From contig DAOTGJ010000012.1 in the NCBI GenBank assembly GCA_035447065.1, positions 18,189 to 82,188 of the forward strand: DNA of 64,000 nt. Reading direction: 5' to 3'. The stretch comes from Candidatus Krumholzibacteriia bacterium. GTDB taxonomy: Bacteria > Krumholzibacteriota > Krumholzibacteriia > LZORAL124-64-63. Of this stretch, positions 15,938 to 25,057 are shown one piece after another. Made by a program: the position numbers and the translations under genes. Position 1 is the stretch's first letter; each line of letters starts with the position of its first letter. The notes under the pieces are model-generated. The model was not told where the DNA came from and made no database searches. It worked only from the letters and a program-made list of their open reading frames with translations.

Positions 15938-16589
15938 GGACCTGCCGCTGGACGGCGTCCGCGCCGCGGAACCCTCGCCCCAGACCCGCTTCTTCATCGA
16001 GGACAATCCCGAGGACGGCGCCCGCACCCTGCTGGACCGCCTGACCCAGGACGAGCGCGCGGCCGTGTACGAGCTGGTGGCGGACGACGTGCGGACCGAG
16101 GTCCGCGCCGAGATCCACGCGGAGTTCGGCCAGGAGCTGGAGCTCATGCGCGGCGCCCTGGTGCCGCTGGCCAGGCGGCTGGAGCAGACCGTGCAGCGTG
16201 AGCTGCACGACATCGCCACCGGCGCCGTGGGTCTGGCCATGGCCCTGGCGGAGCGGCTGGCCCGCGCCAGCATCGAAGCGGACCGCGATTACCTGGTGCG
16301 CTGCCTGGAGGAGCTGGTGGGCCGCACCCAGGTGGGCTCCAGCCTCGAGGTGGTGGCGCATCCGGCCGAGATCGAGCGGCTCAAGGGCTGCGACACGGTC
16401 CTGAGCGAGCTCCACATCACCTCGCTGGTGCCCGACAAGAGCCTGCAGCTGGGCGGCTGCCTGGTGCGCGCCGCGGGCCAGGAGTGGGACCTGACCTTCC
16501 GCGGCCAGGCCGACGCCCTGGCCGAGATGGTCCAGAACGCCCTGACCTTCGCCGGCGACGGCGGCGCGGACGGGGAGGGGACGGCGTGA
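15918..16589 (+). CDS. fliH: flagellar export apparatus protein FliH
   Basis: 223 aa. GTG start overlaps the fliG 3' end and its stop overlaps the fliI start. Helical N-terminus and FliH-like C-terminal domain. Position fliG-fliH-fliI. Confidence 0.65.
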   Translation: MLKWSLEDLPLDGVRAAEPSPQTRFFIEDNPEDGARTLLDRLTQDERAAVYELVADDVRTEVRAEIHAEFGQELELMRGALVPLARRLEQTVQRELHDIATGAVGLAMALAERLARASIEADRDYLVRCLEELVGRTQVGSSLEVVAHPAEIERLKGCDTVLSELHITSLVPDKSLQLGGCLVRAAGQEWDLTFRGQADALAEMVQNALTFAGDGGADGEGTA

Positions 16590-17896
16590 GCCTGGACTGG
16601 GACCGCTGCCGCGCCGCGGTGGACGCCATGGACCCCGTGCGGGTGTCCGGGCGCATCGAGAAGATCGTGGGCCTGGTGGTGGAGGCCGAGGGCCTGGCCG
16701 CCAGCGTGGGCGCCCTCTGCCGCATCGAGCGCGGCGGCGACGCCGTGCCGGCGGAGATCGTGGGCTTCCGCGGCGGCACCGCCATGCTCATGCCCTACGG
16801 CGGCATGGAGGGCCTGGCCCGCGGGCAGAAGGTCTTCCTGGTCAGCGAACGCCTGCGCGTGCCTGTGGGGGACGACCTCCTGGGCCGCGTCATCGACGCC
16901 CACGGCCGCCCCCTGGACGGCGGGCCGCCCCTGCGCAGCATGCGCGAGCGGGCGGTCACCGCCGCGGCGCCTCCGGCCATGAGCCGGCGGCGCATCGAAC
17001 GCGCGCTGCCCACCGGCGTGCGCTCCATCGACTCCCTGATCACCGTGGCCCAGGGCCAGCGCCTGGGCGTGTTCGCCGGCAGCGGCGTGGGCAAGAGCGT
17101 GCTGCTGGGCATGCTGGCCCGCAACGCGTCGGTGGACGTGAACGTGGTGGCCCTGATCGGCGAGCGCGGCCGCGAGGTGCGCGAGTTCATCGAGCGCGAC
17201 CTGGGGCCCGAGGGGCTCGCGCGCAGCGTGGTGGTGGTGGTCACGTCGGACGAGAGCGCGGTCATGCGCGCCCGCGGCGCCGAGACCGCCATGGCCGTGG
17301 CGGAGCACTTCCGCGACCGCGGCCGCGACGTGCTGCTGATGATGGACTCCATCACCCGCTACGCCATGGCCCTGCGCGAGATCGGCCTGGCCGCGGGCGA
17401 GCCGCCCACCACCAAGGGCTACACGCCGTCGGTCTTCGCCGCCCTGCCGCGCCTCTGCGAGCGCGCCGGCATGGCCGACGTGGGCTCCATCACCGCCTTC
17501 TTCACCGTGCTGATCGAGGGCGACGACATCCAGGACCCCGTGGGCGACGCCGTGCGCTCCATCCTGGACGGCCACGTCATGCTCTCCCGCGACCTGGCCC
17601 GCGAGGGCCACTACCCCGCCGTGGACGTGCTGGGCAGCATCAGCCGCCTCCGCCAGGAGGTGGCGCCTCCCGAGCTGATCGACGCCGGCCGCACCCTGGT
17701 GCGCTGGCTCAAGGCCCTGGAGGAGAACCGCGACCTGATCAATATCGGCGCATACGTGGCCGGTTCCGATCCGGTCACGGACGCGGCGCTGAAACGCCGC
17801 GACGCCGTCCGCGCCTTCCTGACCCAGTCCATGACCGAACCCGCCTCCTGGGACGATACGGCCCGCGGTTTGCTAGAGCTCGCCGCGGAGGTCTGA
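16586..17896 (+). CDS. fliI: flagellum-specific ATPase FliI
   Basis: GTG start in a GTGA overlap with the fliH stop. Walker A GSGVGKS, F1/V1-ATPase-like fold and conserved C-terminus. The track's longer ORF from 16484 is an in-frame upstream extension. Confidence 0.9.
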   Translation: MSLDWDRCRAAVDAMDPVRVSGRIEKIVGLVVEAEGLAASVGALCRIERGGDAVPAEIVGFRGGTAMLMPYGGMEGLARGQKVFLVSERLRVPVGDDLLGRVIDAHGRPLDGGPPLRSMRERAVTAAAPPAMSRRRIERALPTGVRSIDSLITVAQGQRLGVFAGSGVGKSVLLGMLARNASVDVNVVALIGERGREVREFIERDLGPEGLARSVVVVVTSDESAVMRARGAETAMAVAEHFRDRGRDVLLMMDSITRYAMALREIGLAAGEPPTTKGYTPSVFAALPRLCERAGMADVGSITAFFTVLIEGDDIQDPVGDAVRSILDGHVMLSRDLAREGHYPAVDVLGSISRLRQEVAPPELIDAGRTLVRWLKALEENRDLINIGAYVAGSDPVTDAALKRRDAVRAFLTQSMTEPASWDDTARGLLELAAEV

Positions 17897-17897
17897 C

Positions 17898-18338
17898 GTG
17901 TTCCGATTCCGACTCGAGAAGGTGCTCCGGCACCGTCGTCGCCTCGTGGACGACGAGGCGCGCAAGCTCCAGGTCCTGGCCGCCGGCCTCAACCGTCTGC
18001 TCGCCGAGCGGCGGCGGCTGGAGGAGGACATGGAGATGGCCGCCGAGGCCGCCTGGCGCGGACGCCAGGGCACGGTGGACCTGGCCCTGCAGAACTCCGC
18101 GCAGGCGTTCCTGCAGGCGCGGCGGGCCCAGGCCCAGCGGCTGCAGGGCCGCATCGACGCCGCGCGGCAGCGTTGCGAGGATCAGCGGCAGGTGCTGGTG
18201 CGGGCCCAGCAGGACGTGTCGGTGCTGGAGAGCCTGGAGACCAAGCAGCGGCAGGACTGGGAGCTCCAGGAGCGGCGCCGCGAGCAGAAGCTGACCGATG
18301 AACTGGCGGGGCGCCGGCGCGCCCGGCCCGGATGCTGA
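17898..18338 (+). CDS. fliJ: flagellar export protein FliJ
   Basis: 146 aa coiled-coil protein (MFRFRLEKVLRHRRRLVDDEARKLQ...) immediately after fliI. Confidence 0.65.
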   Translation: MFRFRLEKVLRHRRRLVDDEARKLQVLAAGLNRLLAERRRLEEDMEMAAEAAWRGRQGTVDLALQNSAQAFLQARRAQAQRLQGRIDAARQRCEDQRQVLVRAQQDVSVLESLETKQRQDWELQERRREQKLTDELAGRRRARPGC

Positions 18339-18358
18339 ACGGGGAGGGCTGAGGAGCC

Positions 18359-18892
18359 ATGAAGGCGGTGCTGCTGGTCTCCATGATCACCTTCGGCGTG
18401 ATCTTCGGCGTCATCCTGATCTCCACCGGCCTGCTGGAGAACGCCGTGAAGCTGGGCCTGCCCGAGCCTCCCGGCCCGGCCACCGAGGCCGATCTGGCCA
18501 TGGAGCGCATCCAGGAGAGCCTGGACGTGCAGCGCGACGCCGTGCAGCGCGAGGCGGAGATGCTGCGCAACTACCGCATCCAGGTGGAGGTGGAGCAGAC
18601 GGTGCTGGACGAGCAGGAGCAGCGCCTGCAGGCCCTGGTGGCGGAGCTGGAGACGGCCCAGGCGGACTTCGGAGCCGAGCGCGAGGAATCCATCGTCAAG
18701 CTGGCCAAGCTCTACGAGGCCATGAAGCCCGCCAAGGCCGCCCCCATCCTCGAGACCCTGGATCCCGACACCGTGCTGGAGATCCTCACGCGCATGAAGT
18801 CGCGCCAGGCCGCCAAGGTGCTGGCCGCCATGAACCCGGCCCTGGCCTCGGAGATCAGCCACCGCATGAGCCTCAAGGGAGTGAGCCTGTGA
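18359..18892 (+). CDS. flagellar-operon protein with N-terminal TM helix and MgtE-N-like C-terminal domain (YlxF-like)
   Basis: 177 aa with TM segment (AVLLVSMITFGVIFGVILI), a coiled region and C-terminal AKLYEAMKPAKAAPILETLDPDTVLEILTRM resembling MgtE-N-like domains. Sits at the ylxF position between fliJ and fliK. Confidence 0.45.
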   Translation: MKAVLLVSMITFGVIFGVILISTGLLENAVKLGLPEPPGPATEADLAMERIQESLDVQRDAVQREAEMLRNYRIQVEVEQTVLDEQEQRLQALVAELETAQADFGAEREESIVKLAKLYEAMKPAKAAPILETLDPDTVLEILTRMKSRQAAKVLAAMNPALASEISHRMSLKGVSL

Positions 18893-19908
18893 CCGGAGCC
18901 TCCGCGCCCCTCCTGCTGGACCGCCTGGAGCCCCGACGCGACGGACGCGCCGGGGCCGACGCCATGGCGGCGCTGCTGCAGGGCGACTCCTTCGCCCGCA
19001 TGCTGGACGCCACCCTGGAGCGTACGGCCGACGAGCCCCGCCCCGCCGCGGCCGAACGCGAGCGTCCCGCGGCCGCGCGCGACGCAGCGCCCGATCCCCG
19101 CGAACCCGCACCCCGTGCCGAGACCGCGCGTCCGGAACCCGGCGCCGACCACCGCGCCGCGGCCTCCGACCGCACGCGGACCGACGAGGCCCGTCCGCAG
19201 GGCGAGCCCGACACGGCCGAGCCCCTGGACGCCGAAGAGGTCGAGGCCGCGGCGGAGCCCGACGCCGAGCCTGAGGCCGCCGCGGAGACCGGCGAGGCCG
19301 AGGCCGCGCCCGAGTCCGGCGACGACGCCCTCCAGGACCTCCTCAAGCTCATGAGCCCCGCCGCCCTGCGCGCCTTCCAGGCCGCCGCGGGCGGCGGCGC
19401 CGACGCCGTGTCCGGCGTGGCCGGTCCCCACGGCGCCGCCTCGCTGCCGACGGGCCTGCGCCCGCTGCTGCTGAACGGGACGGCGACGGCCCCCGCGGCC
19501 GAAACGCCCGAGCCCCCCGTCCCGCCCGCCCGCGTGGTGGGCCAGGTGCTGCAGGCCCTGAGCCGCGCCGAGGGCCTGGGCGACGGCCGCGGCACGGTGA
19601 AGCTGGCCCTGGATCCCGCCCACCTGGGCAAGGTGGAGGTCACGGTGACGCGGCACGAGGGCCGCCTGGAGGTCACGTTCAAGGTGGAGTCGGCGGAGGC
19701 GGAGCACGCCCTGCGCTCCCGCGCCGGCGAGCTGGGCCAGGCCCTGCTGGGCAAGGGCTCCGGCTGGAGCGACGTGACCGTGACCGTGGTGCGCGAAGGC
19801 GAGGACGACGAGAACGCGCCGGGCCGCGAGCAGCCCGGCGATCAGGACGGCCGGAACGCCCGGCAGGACGAGGACGGGTCCGATCCCGACACGGGGGAGG
19901 GGGACTGA
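18889..19908 (+). CDS. fliK: flagellar hook-length control protein FliK
   Basis: GTG start in a GTGA overlap. Acidic Pro/Ala/Glu-rich low-complexity N-terminal region. C-terminal GTVKLALDPAHLGKVEVTVTRHEGRLEVTFKVESAEAEHALRSRAGELGQAL is the FliK C-terminal domain. The longer track ORF from 18298 is rejected. Confidence 0.7.
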   Translation: MTGASAPLLLDRLEPRRDGRAGADAMAALLQGDSFARMLDATLERTADEPRPAAAERERPAAARDAAPDPREPAPRAETARPEPGADHRAAASDRTRTDEARPQGEPDTAEPLDAEEVEAAAEPDAEPEAAAETGEAEAAPESGDDALQDLLKLMSPAALRAFQAAAGGGADAVSGVAGPHGAASLPTGLRPLLLNGTATAPAAETPEPPVPPARVVGQVLQALSRAEGLGDGRGTVKLALDPAHLGKVEVTVTRHEGRLEVTFKVESAEAEHALRSRAGELGQALLGKGSGWSDVTVTVVREGEDDENAPGREQPGDQDGRNARQDEDGSDPDTGEGD

Positions 19909-20558
19909 TGTACGTGAACAGCGCCACCACGAGCAGCGGCACCGCGAGCGGTACGCAGCTCACCACGTCGCAGGAGAGCCAGGACCAGTTCCTGCAGCTC
20001 CTGGTGACCCAGATCCAGAACCAGAACCCGCTGGACCCCATGAGCAACGAGGAGTTCACCAGCCAGCTCACCCAGTTCTCCATGCTGGAGCAGCTGGAGA
20101 CCATGAACTCCAACATGACCCAGGACATGACCTATTCCCAGTCGCTGAACAACACCATGATGCTCAGCCTGGTGGGCAAGCAGGCCTCGGTGGTGGGCGA
20201 CGGCGTCACGGTGAGCGAGGGGGCGGCGGGCTCGTCGCGCCTGGATTCCGCCGGCGCCGGCACCGCCCGCGTGGAGGTGCGCGACGCCGACGGCGAGGTG
20301 GTGCGCACCTACATCACCGGCGTGGACGCCGGCTGGAACGACGTGACCTGGGACGGCCGCCTGGACAACGGCGAGCCGGCCGAGGACGGCGCGTACACCC
20401 TGTCGGTCACGGTCACGGACGCCGGCGGCTCGGAACTGGACCATCAGCTCTACGAATCCGGACGGGTGGACAGCATCCGCTTCGAGAACAGCCTGGCCGT
20501 GCTGTCGGTGAACGGCCAGGACTACTACGCGTCGGAAATCGCGGAAGTCGGCATCTAG
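19908..20558 (+). CDS. flgD: flagellar hook capping protein FlgD
   Basis: QDQFLQLLVTQIQNQNPLDPMSNEEFTSQLTQFSMLEQ signature. ATG overlaps the fliK stop (TGATG). Confidence 0.85.
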   Translation: MYVNSATTSSGTASGTQLTTSQESQDQFLQLLVTQIQNQNPLDPMSNEEFTSQLTQFSMLEQLETMNSNMTQDMTYSQSLNNTMMLSLVGKQASVVGDGVTVSEGAAGSSRLDSAGAGTARVEVRDADGEVVRTYITGVDAGWNDVTWDGRLDNGEPAEDGAYTLSVTVTDAGGSELDHQLYESGRVDSIRFENSLAVLSVNGQDYYASEIAEVGI

Positions 20559-20576
20559 CCGCCAAGGGAGGATCCC

Positions 20577-22691
20577 ATGCTGCGTTCGCTCTACTCTGGC
20601 ATCTCCGGTCTGAACTCCAGCTCCACGGAGATGGACGTCATCGGCAACAACATCGCCAACGCCAACACCGTGGGCTTCAAGAGCTCGCGCGTCACCTTCC
20701 GCGAGATGCTCAGCCAGACCGTGCGCGGCGCCAGCCGTCCGGTCAACGGGCAGCGCGGCGGCGTGAACCCCATGCAGATCGGCCTGGGCTCCGCGGTGGG
20801 CACCGTGGACACGCACTTCGGTCAGGGCGCCCTGCACAGCACCGGCCTGGTCACGGACCTGGCCCTGCAGGGCGACGGCTTCTTCATGCTGCGCGAGGGC
20901 GACAGCACCCTCTACACCCGCGCGGGCGCCTTCGGCCTGGACGGCGACAACTTCCTGGTGGATCCCGGCACCGGCATGCGCCTGCAGGGCGTGATGGCGG
21001 ACGCGGCGGGCAACGTGACCAGCGGCCAGTGGACCGACATCGTCATCGATCCCAGCATGAGCGTGCCGGCCATGGCCACGGACAGCGTGCAGATCTTCGG
21101 CAACCTGGATGCGGACTCGGAGCCCCAGGGCACCATCCTCACCTCGCGCCACTTCATGGCCGCGGCCACGGGCACCGACGTGCTGACCAGCCTCTACGCC
21201 CAGGACGGCGACACCTTCAGCCTGGTGGACGGCGACCGCATCGCGCTGACCGGCATGGTGGACACGGGCGCGGGCGCCACCACCATCAGCGTCTCGCCCT
21301 TCGTGGTGGGCAGCACCACGCCGGGCGAGGGCGGCACCACCCTGGACGACCTCACGGCCTGGATCAGCACCCAGCTGGAGTCCCTGCCCGAGTTCAACCC
21401 CGGCGAGATCACCGTCACGCTCAACGCCGACGGCAGCCTCAGCCTGGACAACGGCAGCGGCGGCACCACGCTGCTGAACCTGCAGCTCTCGGTGCCCGGC
21501 AACTCCCACTTCAACGGCACCTTCGACTTCAGCGACAGCATCGGCCCCGGCGCCTCCGGCACCACGGACATGCCCAGCGAGGGCCAGGGCCAGATCCGCG
21601 CCGCCGCCACCAGCGACGACCTGCTCACCGACCTGTTCACCAGCACCGGCGCGAGCCTGGGCCTGAACATCGACGCCCTCAACCCCCAGACCACCCTGAG
21701 CATCGGCGGCAACGTGGGCACGGCCGAGGCGCCCAGCTACGACCTGGTGGTGGACGCCGCGAGCACGGTCCAGGACCTGCTGACCGGCCTGCAGATCGCC
21801 TTCGGCATCAGCACGGACCCGGTGACCCTGTCCGAATCCGGCGAGGTGGTCATCCAGGGCGAGCTGGGCACCGAGAACGCCCTGGGCCAGGTGGACATCC
21901 GCGAGGTGGGCGAGGTGAACCCCATCCTGGAGACGTCCTTCGACTTCGTGGAGACCCAGGAGGCCGCCGACGGCGGCGAGTACACCATGGTCTCCACCGT
22001 GTACGACTCCCTGGGCAACACCCACAACGTGCGCTTCACCTTCACCAAGCGCGTGGGCCTGAACGAGTGGAACTGGACGGCCGAGATGGAGGGCAACGAG
22101 GTCATCACCCAGGGCGGCTCCGGCACCGTGTCCTTCAACGAGGCCGGCGAGATCCTGGCCTTCCGCTACGCCGACGACGCCGGCCAGCTCTCCTTCACCC
22201 CCCAGGCCGCCGGCGCCCAGGGCGCCGAGACCGTGTCCTTCCAGATCGACGCCGGCCAGCTGGGCGAGTTCAACGGCCTGAGCCAGTACGCGGTGACCAG
22301 CGACCTCCAGTCCCTGGCCAACGGCTATCCGCCGGGCGACCTGCTGGACTTCGAGATCGAGACCGACGGCACGGTGGTGGGCCGCTTCAGCAACGACACC
22401 ATGCAGACGCTGGCGCGCATCGGCATCGCCCGCTTCGCCAACAACGACGGCCTCATCCACGACGAGGGCAACACCTTCCGCCTGAGCAGCAACTCGGGCG
22501 ATCCGCTCACGGGCTTCGCCGGCGAGGTGTCCGAGACGGCCGTGATCTCCGGAGCCCTGGAGTCGTCCAACGTGGACCTGACCGGGGAGCTGACCAACCT
22601 GGTGGTGGCCCAGCGGGCCTTCCAGGCCAACGCCCGGATCGTGACCACCGGGGACCAGATCTTGCAAGAGATCGTCTCGCTGGTGCGCTAG
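20577..22691 (+). CDS. flgE: flagellar hook protein FlgE (large variant, 704 aa)
   Basis: N-terminal MLRSLYSGISGLNSSSTEMDVIGNNIANANTVGFKSSRVTF and C-terminal LVVAQRAFQANARIVTTGDQILQEIVSLVR are canonical. A large central insertion lies between them. Confidence 0.9.
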   Translation: MLRSLYSGISGLNSSSTEMDVIGNNIANANTVGFKSSRVTFREMLSQTVRGASRPVNGQRGGVNPMQIGLGSAVGTVDTHFGQGALHSTGLVTDLALQGDGFFMLREGDSTLYTRAGAFGLDGDNFLVDPGTGMRLQGVMADAAGNVTSGQWTDIVIDPSMSVPAMATDSVQIFGNLDADSEPQGTILTSRHFMAAATGTDVLTSLYAQDGDTFSLVDGDRIALTGMVDTGAGATTISVSPFVVGSTTPGEGGTTLDDLTAWISTQLESLPEFNPGEITVTLNADGSLSLDNGSGGTTLLNLQLSVPGNSHFNGTFDFSDSIGPGASGTTDMPSEGQGQIRAAATSDDLLTDLFTSTGASLGLNIDALNPQTTLSIGGNVGTAEAPSYDLVVDAASTVQDLLTGLQIAFGISTDPVTLSESGEVVIQGELGTENALGQVDIREVGEVNPILETSFDFVETQEAADGGEYTMVSTVYDSLGNTHNVRFTFTKRVGLNEWNWTAEMEGNEVITQGGSGTVSFNEAGEILAFRYADDAGQLSFTPQAAGAQGAETVSFQIDAGQLGEFNGLSQYAVTSDLQSLANGYPPGDLLDFEIETDGTVVGRFSNDTMQTLARIGIARFANNDGLIHDEGNTFRLSSNSGDPLTGFAGEVSETAVISGALESSNVDLTGELTNLVVAQRAFQANARIVTTGDQILQEIVSLVR

Positions 22692-22715
22692 GGCCCCAGA
22701 AGGAGCTAAAGGATC

Positions 22716-22949
22716 ATGATCCAAGTCACGAAATTGAATGGGAGCCAGATGGTCCTCAACGCCGATCTCATCGAGACGGTGGAGATCACCCCCGACACCC
22801 TGATCGGCCTGACCACGGGCCGCAAGATCATGGTGAAGGAGAGCCTGGACGAGATCATCCAGCTGGCCCTGGCCTTCCGGCGCAAGAGCCGGAGCCACCC
22901 CGTGCCCACCGGCGGGCAGGGGTCCGTGTTCGAGGGCGAGGACCGCTAG
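22716..22949 (+). CDS. flbD: flagellar protein FlbD
   Basis: MIQVTKLNGSQMVLNADLIETVEITPDTLIGLTTGRKIMVKESLDEIIQ matches FlbD/SwrD closely. Positioned flgE-flbD-motA. Confidence 0.8.
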   Translation: MIQVTKLNGSQMVLNADLIETVEITPDTLIGLTTGRKIMVKESLDEIIQLALAFRRKSRSHPVPTGGQGSVFEGEDR

Positions 22950-22973
22950 GTCGCAGAAACGCGAGGTCGTACG

Positions 22974-23747
22974 GTGGATATCGCGACAATCATCGGCGTG
23001 GTCGGGGCCCTGGGCCTGATCGTCTGGGCGATCCTCATGGGAGGTTCGCTGATCCTCTTCGTGAACGTGCCCTCGCTCATCATGGTGGTGGGCGGCACGA
23101 TCATGGCCATCCTGATCAACTATCCGCTGCCGCGGGTGATCGGCATGATGGGGATCATCAAGAAGACGGTGCTGGCCGACGCCAACGAGCCGGCCGACAT
23201 CATCCGGCGCCTGGTCAAGTACGCCGAGCAGGCCCGCAAGGAGGGCATGCTGGCCCTGGAGGAGCACTCCGAGAACGAGGAGAACCTCTTCCTGCGCAAG
23301 GGGCTGCGCCTGGCGGTGGACGGCACGGATCCGGCCCTGCTCCAGCGCATCCTGGAGAACGACATCGACCAGCAGCAGAAGCGGCACCAGGAGGGCAAGA
23401 AGATCCTGGACGCCGGCGGCGTGTACGCCCCGGCCTTCGGCATGATCGGCACCCTGGTGGGCCTGGTGAACATGCTGGCCAACATGTCGGACCCCAGCTC
23501 CATCGGCGTGGGCATGGCCGTGGCCCTGCTCACCACGTTCTACGGGGCGGTGATGGCCAACGCCATGTTCATCCCCATGGCCGGCAAGCTCCAGCACCGC
23601 TCGGCGGAGGAGGTGCTGGTGCGCGAGATGATCATCGAGGGGGTCATGGGCATCCAGAGCGGCGACTCCCCGCGCATCGTGGAGGAGAAGCTGCGCTCCT
23701 TCCTGACCCCGGCGGCCCAGCGCGCCATGGACGACGAGGCGGCCTAG
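22974..23747 (+). CDS. motA: flagellar stator protein MotA
   Basis: 257 aa with MotA/TolQ/ExbB-type TM topology. GTG start. Confidence 0.85.
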   Translation: MDIATIIGVVGALGLIVWAILMGGSLILFVNVPSLIMVVGGTIMAILINYPLPRVIGMMGIIKKTVLADANEPADIIRRLVKYAEQARKEGMLALEEHSENEENLFLRKGLRLAVDGTDPALLQRILENDIDQQQKRHQEGKKILDAGGVYAPAFGMIGTLVGLVNMLANMSDPSSIGVGMAVALLTTFYGAVMANAMFIPMAGKLQHRSAEEVLVREMIIEGVMGIQSGDSPRIVEEKLRSFLTPAAQRAMDDEAA

Positions 23748-23768
23748 CCGCCGCCAGGGAGGGAGCCC

Positions 23769-24509
23769 ATGGGGAAGTGCAAGTGCCCGCCTGAAGAACC
23801 CGGGATCCCCGGGTGGGTCGTGACCTACGGCGACATGATGTCGCTGCTGCTCACGTTCTTCATCCTGCTGCTCAGCTTCTCGTCCATCCAGGAGACCAAG
23901 TTCAAGCAGGCCATGGAGTCCCTGCAGACGGCCCTGGGCGTGTTCAAGAACTCCCAGAGCGTGATCCAGTTCGAGAACATGGTGGTGCCGCAGGAGGTGG
24001 GCGGCGACCAGAGCGAGATGCTGTACGAGTTCCGGGAACTGGAACAGTACTTGCTCGAAGAGAACTTGGACGATCAAGTGGAAGTGGCGATGACGGAGGA
24101 CGGGATCCAGATCCAGATCGAGGACGAGTTCCTCTTCGCCTCCGGCACCGCGGACCTGCAGTCGGGCACCGACAGGATCCTGGGCAAGATCGCCGGGTTC
24201 CTGGACGGCAAGGGCACGGAGATCCGCGTGAGCGGGCACACCGATTCCATCCCGATCCGCACCGCCCGCTTCCCGTCCAACTGGGAGCTGTCCGCCTCCC
24301 GCGCCATCGCCGTGGCGCGCGAGCTGCAGAAGACGGGCATCGCTCCCGCGCGCATGAGCGCCACCGGCTACGGGGAGTTCCGACCCATCGCCGACAACGG
24401 CACCGCCGAGGGGCGGGCCCGCAACCGGCGGGTGGAGATCTTCATGAGGTACGACAAGACTCCGGAGCAGGGCGAGACCACCGTCCTGCCCTTCGAAAGC
24501 GAGGGCTAG
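23769..24509 (+). CDS. motB: flagellar stator protein MotB (OmpA-like C-terminal domain)
   Basis: N-terminal WVVTYGDMMSLLLTFFILLLSF plug/TM region and C-terminal OmpA-like region (SGHTDSIPI...NWELSASRAIAVAREL). Confidence 0.85.
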   Translation: MGKCKCPPEEPGIPGWVVTYGDMMSLLLTFFILLLSFSSIQETKFKQAMESLQTALGVFKNSQSVIQFENMVVPQEVGGDQSEMLYEFRELEQYLLEENLDDQVEVAMTEDGIQIQIEDEFLFASGTADLQSGTDRILGKIAGFLDGKGTEIRVSGHTDSIPIRTARFPSNWELSASRAIAVARELQKTGIAPARMSATGYGEFRPIADNGTAEGRARNRRVEIFMRYDKTPEQGETTVLPFESEG

Positions 24510-24510
24510 C

Positions 24511-25035
24511 ATGGCCGACGAGAAGAAGGACGAGAAGAAGAAGGACAAGGGCGAAGGCGGCAAGGGCGGCCTGCTGGACAACAAGATCGTGCTGCTGGGG
24601 ATCATCGTGGTGCTGCAGGCGGTCATGGCCGTGGGCATCATCCAGTTCGTCATCGGGCCCAAGCTCAACTCCCTGGCCCAGATCGCCGCCGAGCCGGCGG
24701 CCGTGGCCAGCCCGGATCCCGTGGAGGGCGAGGGCGTGCTGGTGGGCCTGGACGACATGACCGTGACCCTCAAGGGCCAGGGCCGACGCCAGAGCTACCT
24801 GAAGATCGCCATCGACCTGGAGGTGGCCGATCAGCCCACCGCGGACCAGGTCACGTCGCGCATGCCCCAGCTCCGCGACATCGCCATCCTGGCCCTGAGC
24901 AGCAAGTCCAGCGAGGACCTGGCCAGCGTGGACGGCAAGGCGGCCCTCAAGGCCGAGCTGCACCGCAAGTTCAGCGACGTGCTGCCCGACGGCAAGCTCA
25001 CGAGCGTGTACTTCTCCGACATGGTGGTCCAGTAG
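24511..25035 (+). CDS. fliL: flagellar basal body-associated protein FliL
   Basis: 174 aa. Lys-rich N-terminus, single TM helix, and C-terminus ending LTSVYFSDMVVQ (FliL-like). Confidence 0.75.
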   Translation: MADEKKDEKKKDKGEGGKGGLLDNKIVLLGIIVVLQAVMAVGIIQFVIGPKLNSLAQIAAEPAAVASPDPVEGEGVLVGLDDMTVTLKGQGRRQSYLKIAIDLEVADQPTADQVTSRMPQLRDIAILALSSKSSEDLASVDGKAALKAELHRKFSDVLPDGKLTSVYFSDMVVQ

Positions 25036-25057
25036 CGCCCGGCGCGGAAACGACGTC

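Noticed and set aside
19842-24773. 1643-aa minus-strand ORF antisense to fliK-flgD-flgE-flbD-motA-motB. Similar giant antisense ORFs occur at 239-2260, 2781-5273, 8474-10705, 27970-30081, 29837-32071, 41192-43567, 45239-47665, 47580-50081, 50186-52354, 52661-56323 (1220 aa), 55812-59345 (1177 aa) and 62183-63976.
   Set aside because: These are shadow ORFs expected in a genome with near-saturated GC at third codon positions, where antisense stop codons become rare. Translations are low-complexity Gly/Ala/Arg/Pro-rich with no motifs, and every one sits opposite a well-supported gene.
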